Shown piece after piece: positions 59,301-64,000 of a DNA stretch of 64,000 bases. The position numbers and the translations under genes were made by a program. Under the pieces are notes generated by a model. The model worked only from the letters and a program-made list of their open reading frames with translations, searched no databases and had not been told where the DNA came from. The number at the start of each line of letters is the position of its first letter. Position 1 is the stretch's first letter. The stretch is from an uncultured Bacteroidales bacterium (GTDB taxonomy: Bacteria > Bacteroidota > Bacteroidia > Bacteroidales > UBA3663). The DNA lies in assembly GCA_946631995.1 (NCBI GenBank), contig CAMPAQ010000012.1:32278-96277 (forward strand), written 5' to 3'.

Positions 59301-60761
59301 CAACTGCACCACGGGAAGGCCGAGATGGTCGTCGTCGAGCGCGAAGAAGTTGCCCGGAAAGCGGCCGTTGGCCTGCTGCAACTCGCGTAGCATCCTGTCG
59401 GTGAACGATGCGCGCGTCCATGCCTCAAATTCGTCGCGTGAGACGGGCTGCGGATTGCCATTGGCCATGAACTCGGCCTGTGCTCCCTCGGCGTAGGTGC
59501 CGAAGGTGCTGCCCTGCCGCTGGATGAGCTGCGCCAGTCCGTCGGCCGTGGCAGGCAGTCCTGCGACGTTGTAGCCCGCCCTCTTCAGGCTCTGGAGGAA
59601 GTTATGGAGCGACGGCACGACCTCCATGCCGCTGGCCGTGAGCGCGGCCGAACCAGGGCCCTTGAAATAGACGATGGCTACGCGCTTTTCGGCGTTGGGC
59701 TTGCGTTGCAGGGCGATGTGGCGGTTCACATTGGCCACGAAACTCTCCAGACGTTCGGGCAGGGTGTAGGATTCGGGCAGTCCGTCCTCACCCTCGCGGA
59801 TGGCGAAAAGCACCGTGGGGCGGATCATGCCATCGACCTCGGGCACGATGATACTCTGCGCCAGGAATCCACCCTGCATTCCCTGCCGGTCGGCCTCCCA
59901 GTCGGCCGTCATGCGGTTCACGTTGACCGTGCCGAAGAGCGGGATGTTGCGGCGACGGAGCTCATCGACCACATAGTCGCCGATGCGGCCGTGCGCCATG
60001 TTGATGATGGCCGATGGTGCAATGCTGTCGAGCGCGCCGGTGCGTACGAGCCGTGCGAGGTTCGTGGTGGCATAGACCACATCGCCCGACTTTTCGAGCG
60101 CGCCGATGAGCTGGGTGGCATCGCCCATCATGCCGGTGATGAGGATGCGCGGCGCATCGGCCATGAAAAGCCCGTTGTCGGTCAGATACTGCTGGTTTTG
60201 GCCGATGGTGGCGAACGTCACATCTTCGTTGCCCGGACGCTGCACGTCGGGATGATACATCAGCTGGGCGCGGCTGGGCTGCACCGGCTCGACCTCGCGC
60301 GTGAAGAAGAGCTTGCCATCGACCTCGTTGCGCAGGTAGTTGAGCAGGTTGCGGAAGTTGGCGCGTCCGCCGGCCGAGAGGTACTGCTTGAGCGAGTCGG
60401 CGTCCCACTCGTCGAGGCTGACGATGGCGTTGGCCGGATTGGTGGCTGCGGTGGTGAGGATGGGCAGTCCGCCGTCGGCCAATGCCTGGATGCGGGCGCG
60501 CTGCTCCTCGGTGGGACGCAGGCCCATGCCGTTGATGAGCACCACGTCGTAGGCCGTCCAATGGTCGATGTTGTCCAACGATTCATCGGCCAAAGTGATG
60601 AACGACGGATTGTCGTTGGCCTTGGAAATCTGCCCCAGCGTGATGACCTGATAGTTCACGAAAGCCACGCGCGTCGCACTGCACATGCTGCGCCAGAACG
60701 CGGCAAAGGCCACAACTACGATTGCGGCCAGGATGATGAGGAAAATGTATTTCTTTTTCAT
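56382..60761 (-). CDS. hmuS: CobN/Mg-chelatase-like heme dechelatase
   Basis: HFGTHGSLEY.PGK, PTGRNLY, GRPRIDVVVQTSG..RD; N- and C-terminal TM anchors; hmu gene context. Confidence 0.9.
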   Translation of the reverse strand: MKKKYIFLIILAAIVVVAFAAFWRSMCSATRVAFVNYQVITLGQISKANDNPSFITLADESLDNIDHWTAYDVVLINGMGLRPTEEQRARIQALADGGLPILTTAATNPANAIVSLDEWDADSLKQYLSAGGRANFRNLLNYLRNEVDGKLFFTREVEPVQPSRAQLMYHPDVQRPGNEDVTFATIGQNQQYLTDNGLFMADAPRILITGMMGDATQLIGALEKSGDVVYATTNLARLVRTGALDSIAPSAIINMAHGRIGDYVVDELRRRNIPLFGTVNVNRMTADWEADRQGMQGGFLAQSIIVPEVDGMIRPTVLFAIREGEDGLPESYTLPERLESFVANVNRHIALQRKPNAEKRVAIVYFKGPGSAALTASGMEVVPSLHNFLQSLKRAGYNVAGLPATADGLAQLIQRQGSTFGTYAEGAQAEFMANGNPQPVSRDEFEAWTRASFTDRMLRELQQANGRFPGNFFALDDDHLGLPVVQLGNIVLMPQMPAGTGSDSFKMVHGTLAAPPYPYIAQYLWAQRGFGADALIHFGTHGSLEYTPGKQVALSQDCWSDRLVGTLPHFYFYTIGNVGEGMIAKRRTYASLTSYLTPPFMESRLRDTYRRLSEAIEAYDRQPDERGALAIKRLTVQMGIHRELRLDSVLSQPYSADEIARIEAFAEELCNEKVTGMSYTLGVPYEAERIRTSVYAMATDPIAYSLCTLDKQRGRVAADVEKHAAQFTARYLTPVRSLVTTLLNRTTDVTDVEICRIAGITADDLRRARHVDSVQKAPQQMMSMMMSMAGEMPGARKSVPVGHKDSAATASDTTATASTITPEQRNKMREMGKGMDPKKALAVAKMMGASPEQLKKMKAAMMGKGGDGAAASDNASAHKMANIPPAMQRIVDKVAEAAMLTPEDKELARVVLEVERTVRNVAAYREALATSPAVELRSMLNALDGGYTAPSPGGDVISNPQAVPTGRNLYGVNSEACPTELAWERGKELAEGTINLYRQRHNDSIPRKVSYTLWSSEFIETGGATIAQCLYMLGVEPIRDAFGRVTDIRLIPSEELGRPRIDVVVQTSGQLRDLAASRLFLLSRAVEMAASANDDKFPNLVADGVRESERILIEKGLSPKEARETSTYRVFGGMNGNYGTGIQGMTMASDRWDDEGALAEVYLNNMGAFYGKEGSWEEMRQFAFEAALANTDAVIQPRQSNTWGALSLDHVYEFMGGMNMTVRNVTGKDPDAYLSDYRNRNRMRMQEVKEAIGVESRTTLFNPAYIAEKMKGGASDASGFAELVENTFGWNVMKPDVIDNEMWDEIYDVYVADKFQLSTRRFFESKNPAALQEMTAVMMESARKGYWKASDEMLANVARLHTELVAQFGANGSQRVCDNTKLRDFIASKVSSADAQQYRDQISRTREAQVATADGKVLKRESTSLAADEETTSVSNLVVVGIVAAFVVIVALLVKRRRK

Positions 60762-60770
60762 TTTTTTTCG

Positions 60771-60937
60771 AAATGGAGTAAAAGGGGAGTAAAAAGGAAG
60801 TGAAAATGGAGTGAAAGGGACGTTTGCTATGTCGGACTCAAACTCTTATTTCTTAACTCAAAAAAGTATCGTCCTTTTCACTCCCGAGACGTGCAGCAGG
60901 GGGCAGTCTCCTCCCCTCGGGGAGGTCGGGAGGGGGT
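60771..60937. repeat. inverted-arm repeat plus CCCCTCGGGGAGG REP between hmuR and hmuS
   Basis: GGAGTAAAA tandem units…GGGACG / CGTCCTTTTCACTCCC, then CTCCCCTCGGGGAGGTCGGGAGGGGG. Confidence 0.8.
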
Positions 60938-62895
60938 CAAAACAATTTTTCCAAATCCAGACTGACTCCCACCGTCACCGTCGTGCCCTTCGTCATGGCC
61001 GAATTCGCGTAGTAGTTGCGCGGACGGTAGCCGAACAGGTTATCGACGGCGGCATTGACCGTGACGCCCTGCCACAGGCATTGCGAGACCGAGAGTTTCC
61101 AGATGCTGTAGCCCGCGTAGTGCGTCGTCGTCATCTCGTCGAGCTGCATCGAGGTGTATTCCTTCACATCGACGTCCGACATCGCACGGCCCGACAAGGC
61201 CACATGCAGGCCGTAGTTCTCGCCGAACAGGTGGCCGTAGTCGATGCGCCACGTCAGCGAATGGGGCCGCGCCGAAGTGAGGTCGGGCTGACCCTTGCCC
61301 ACGATGCTCTCCGTCCACGCATACGAAACCTTGGCGCTCAATCCGCAGCTGTGGCTCACCTGCACGTTGGCATCGGCGCCGGCAATCTTCTGGTCGGCCA
61401 CATTGGTGTACATCTGGCCATATTCGCCGTCGCGCTGCACGGTGGTCGTCGTGATGTAGTTGTCGAACATGTTGAAATAGCCCGTCACGGTGGCATTCAT
61501 GCGGAGGTCTTGGCCGATGTCGCTGCGCCCCTCCCACGTGGCCGAAAAGTTGTGGTTCTTCTCGCACTTCAGGTCGGGATTGCCGTAGATCATGAAGATG
61601 CCGGCCATGTTGAAGTCCATATAGAGCTCCTTGAGCGACGGCGCACGGAAGCCCGACGCATACGACGCACGGAGACTCTGGTTGTCGAACTTGCGCATCG
61701 CGGCCACCTTCCACGTGGGCTGACCCTTGTCCGATGCCGAAAAATAGTCGTAGCGCAGACCGCCGATGATGTCCCACCGCTCGTCGGGCGCATAGTCCAA
61801 CTGCACGAAGCCGTCGAGGGTGTTCTGCGTGCGATGCTTGCGGCTGTCGGCAAACTGGTACGACAGCAGGTAGTCGTTCATCACGTCGCCGCCCACCGTG
61901 ATCTGCGACCGGGCATCGCTCCACGCCAGGTTGTAGAGGGCGCGGCCGATGTTTTGGCGGTTCGAGTAGTCGCGCACGTCCTGGCGCGTCACGACGGCAT
62001 AGTCCGACTTGTCGTATTGGTCGAAACTGTAGGCCACCTCGAGCTGTTGGTTGCGGTCGATGTTCCAGTTGGCGCGCACACCGCCGTCGGCATCGCGGTA
62101 GCGTTCGTGCTGCGAATTGCTCTTGCGACGTTCGCGGTAGAAGTAGCCCGCGCGGCCGGTGATTTTCACGTCGTCGGTGGCACGCACGGTGATGCGCTCC
62201 TTCACGCTACGCGAGCTGTTGGCATAGGCCGTACCGATGGACGACACTTCGCCGTCGAGGTGCAGCGCCTTGGCATCGGTCATCTGCACGGTGGTGAGCG
62301 AGTTGACGCGCCCGACGTTGAATTCGCCGCTTGCGCCGTGACGCCATTCCCGCGTAGCGCCCTCGTAGCGCGAGTTCACATTGGCCGACCACGTGTCCGA
62401 CGGCTGCTTGGTGATGATGTTGACCACGCCGCCCATGGCCGATGAGCCGTAGAGCGTCGAGGCTGCTCCCTTGACGATTTCGATGCGGGCGACGTTCTGG
62501 AGGTTGATGCGCGAGAAATCGACATTGTCCATAGACTCGCCGGCCAGACGTTCGCCATCGACCAGAAAGAGGATGTTGTTGCCGTCATATCCGCCCATGT
62601 TCATCACCTGCTGTCCCATCGACCACGAGAATTCGAGGCCGGGCAGCTGCTGCTGGAGCAGGTCCTTGATGTCGGTGGCATCGGCCTGACGGATCTCCTG
62701 CGCCGAGATGACGCGCGTCACGACGGGGATGTCCTTCAACGCCTTCGGAGTTCGCGTAGCGGTGACGACGACGGTCTGCAACGGGTCGTGATACCAGCTG
62801 CACGCGGTGTCGGGCGCGGCGGTTTCGGCAATTGCATTGGCCGTGAAAATGAGCGTAGAGAGTAAAGTGCAAAGAGTAAAGAGCAGTTTCCTCAT
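60937..62895 (-). CDS. hmuR: TonB-dependent heme receptor
   Basis: VVVTATRT, LVDGER, IEIVKGAASTLYGSSAMGGVVNIIT, GFRAPSLKELY, GNPDL. Confidence 0.88.
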   Translation of the reverse strand: MRKLLFTLCTLLSTLIFTANAIAETAAPDTACSWYHDPLQTVVVTATRTPKALKDIPVVTRVISAQEIRQADATDIKDLLQQQLPGLEFSWSMGQQVMNMGGYDGNNILFLVDGERLAGESMDNVDFSRINLQNVARIEIVKGAASTLYGSSAMGGVVNIITKQPSDTWSANVNSRYEGATREWRHGASGEFNVGRVNSLTTVQMTDAKALHLDGEVSSIGTAYANSSRSVKERITVRATDDVKITGRAGYFYRERRKSNSQHERYRDADGGVRANWNIDRNQQLEVAYSFDQYDKSDYAVVTRQDVRDYSNRQNIGRALYNLAWSDARSQITVGGDVMNDYLLSYQFADSRKHRTQNTLDGFVQLDYAPDERWDIIGGLRYDYFSASDKGQPTWKVAAMRKFDNQSLRASYASGFRAPSLKELYMDFNMAGIFMIYGNPDLKCEKNHNFSATWEGRSDIGQDLRMNATVTGYFNMFDNYITTTTVQRDGEYGQMYTNVADQKIAGADANVQVSHSCGLSAKVSYAWTESIVGKGQPDLTSARPHSLTWRIDYGHLFGENYGLHVALSGRAMSDVDVKEYTSMQLDEMTTTHYAGYSIWKLSVSQCLWQGVTVNAAVDNLFGYRPRNYYANSAMTKGTTVTVGVSLDLEKLF

Positions 62896-63614
62896 TCGGC
62901 AAAGATGGGATATTTATAGTTGACCGTCATCCAGCCCTTGATCTGGTAGCGGTCGGTGCTCATGAAGTTGACCAGCTGGAGGGCGGCGTATGTACCGTCG
63001 GACAGCCTGTAAATCAGCACGTTGTCGCGCAGTGTGTAGATGGGCGGCATCGTGCTCGTATCGACGTCGAGCCAGAGTCCGGCCTCGGGGTTCTTCCACC
63101 CGGCGGCATAGCCGATGACGCCCTGCATCATGCCGCTCATATCGACCGTGATGGAGCGTTCGCCATAGACGTCGGCCACCCACGTCGTGTCGCTGGGCAT
63201 TCCGGCGGCCTCAAGTTGGGCAATCGAGCTGTAGGAGGTCATCATGACCTGCGCGCCGTTGGTCTTGATGTCGTAGCGGTGATGCGCGAAGTCCCATTCG
63301 TCGGGTGCGCCCGTCTCGCTGCCGTCGGCGGGGTCGATGTCCGCTATGGTTATGGCCAATGAATCACCGTGCAACGACACGTAGATCCACTGCGTGTAGC
63401 TCGTCGCGTCGATGTAGTACTGGCCCGACTTGACGACGATGGAGTCCTGCTGCACGCTGTTCTGCTGCGTCGATGTGCCCGATGCGGCTGTCGTGTCGTC
63501 CGATGTGCCGTCGAGCGTATCGTCGTAGATTCCGCCCAGCATGTCACAAGCTGAGAGCAGCCCCATCAACGAAGCCGCTCCCAACAGGGGAAAAGAAAAT
63601 TTTGATAAGTTCAT
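62892..63614 (-). CDS. hmuY: HmuY-family hemophore lipoprotein
   Basis: Lipobox LSAC; IDATSY..W.Y; WDFAHHRYDIKTNG; Met-containing loops (DMSGMMQG, TMPP). Confidence 0.88.
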   Translation of the reverse strand: MNLSKFSFPLLGAASLMGLLSACDMLGGIYDDTLDGTSDDTTAASGTSTQQNSVQQDSIVVKSGQYYIDATSYTQWIYVSLHGDSLAITIADIDPADGSETGAPDEWDFAHHRYDIKTNGAQVMMTSYSSIAQLEAAGMPSDTTWVADVYGERSITVDMSGMMQGVIGYAAGWKNPEAGLWLDVDTSTMPPIYTLRDNVLIYRLSDGTYAALQLVNFMSTDRYQIKGWMTVNYKYPIFAE

Positions 63615-63705
63615 AAAGATTATTCCAGTATTGAAGAGGAGCGAAAGGACGTTTGCGATTGGAGTTATGAATTAAGAATTAAGAAATAAGAGTTGACCTC
63701 TTTAA

Positions 63706-63907
63706 CTTCATTTCTTTGGCTTGAACCAAAGAAACGAAGCAAAGAAAATTCAAGCCTTACGTTGCGCGGCCTGTGAAAATGCGGCTCCGCTCACTTGTAA
63801 GCCGAACTCGGCCTGTCGGCCTCAAACAAGGCTTACCGCTTCGCGATTCTCGCATTTTCACGGTCGTCCGCTCCACTATGGCAGTCCCAAGCCGCCGTCT
63901 CGTGACA
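63706..63907 (+). repeat. structured dispersed element, copy C (lacks the nested 57-bp unit)
   Basis: Aligns with 15232-15430 and the reverse complement of 20404-20599. Confidence 0.85.
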
Positions 63908-64000
63908 GCAAGAGGAACATCGGCCATAAATCAAGGTCACTTCTAAAAAATATTGAGATACAATCCCAAATTCTCAAATTCTTGAGTTTTAGAACTTCCC

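Noticed and set aside
56382-60761. cobN implying cobalamin biosynthesis
   Set aside because: The context is hmuY-R-S-T-U-V with TM anchors and no cob/cbi genes, which fits heme utilisation.
5926-63554. Many long alternative-frame or antisense ORFs (e.g. 17378-18892, 22703-24400, 35851-37419, 51337-53334, 60811-62445)
   Set aside because: They shadow well-supported genes in GC-rich DNA with strong third-position bias and carry no recognisable motifs.
63615-64000. Cobalamin riboswitch upstream of hmuY
   Set aside because: No B12-box consensus seen; the structured sequence there is the dispersed repeat also found at 15.2 kb and 20.5 kb.

Overview
Bacteroidales (Prevotella/Muribaculaceae-like, gut or rumen type) chromosomal window with a GC-rich backbone. 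Backbone genes: nrdG, thrA-apgM-thrC, hemolysin III, rnz with two deoxynucleoside kinases, an HD hydrolase, nadE, a helical-repeat protein, a PL9 lyase, aroE, amidase-MlaD-proC, GH106, spmAB, a fimbrillin-like lipoprotein, a Txe/YoeB TA pair, a BNR/SusC/SusD locus, leuS and a complete hmuYRSTUV heme operon. Three AT-rich insertions look like candidate defence loci. (1) 1-5750: proteasome/Ntn-like protein, a small coupled ORF, DUF4062-STAND with a degenerate Walker A, a frameshifted AlbA_2/Schlafen-HATPase and an XRE regulator. (2) 13049-14452: a CoiA-like nuclease fused to a SLOG/DUF2493-like domain. (3) 29258-35905: ABC/AAA ATPase, a nuclease-like protein and a 1.6k-aa sacsin-like GHKL ATPase fused to a Upf1-like SF1 helicase. 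Intergenic DNA is built from several nested small repeat families, including a ~200-290 bp element with compensatory base changes, 'empty' four-helix-bundle cassettes and REPs that bracket the TA module. The backbone appears enriched in a YGGCCR-centred palindrome. No rRNA, tRNA, CRISPR array, integrase or transposase was seen. All family calls come from motifs read by eye; no database searches were run.
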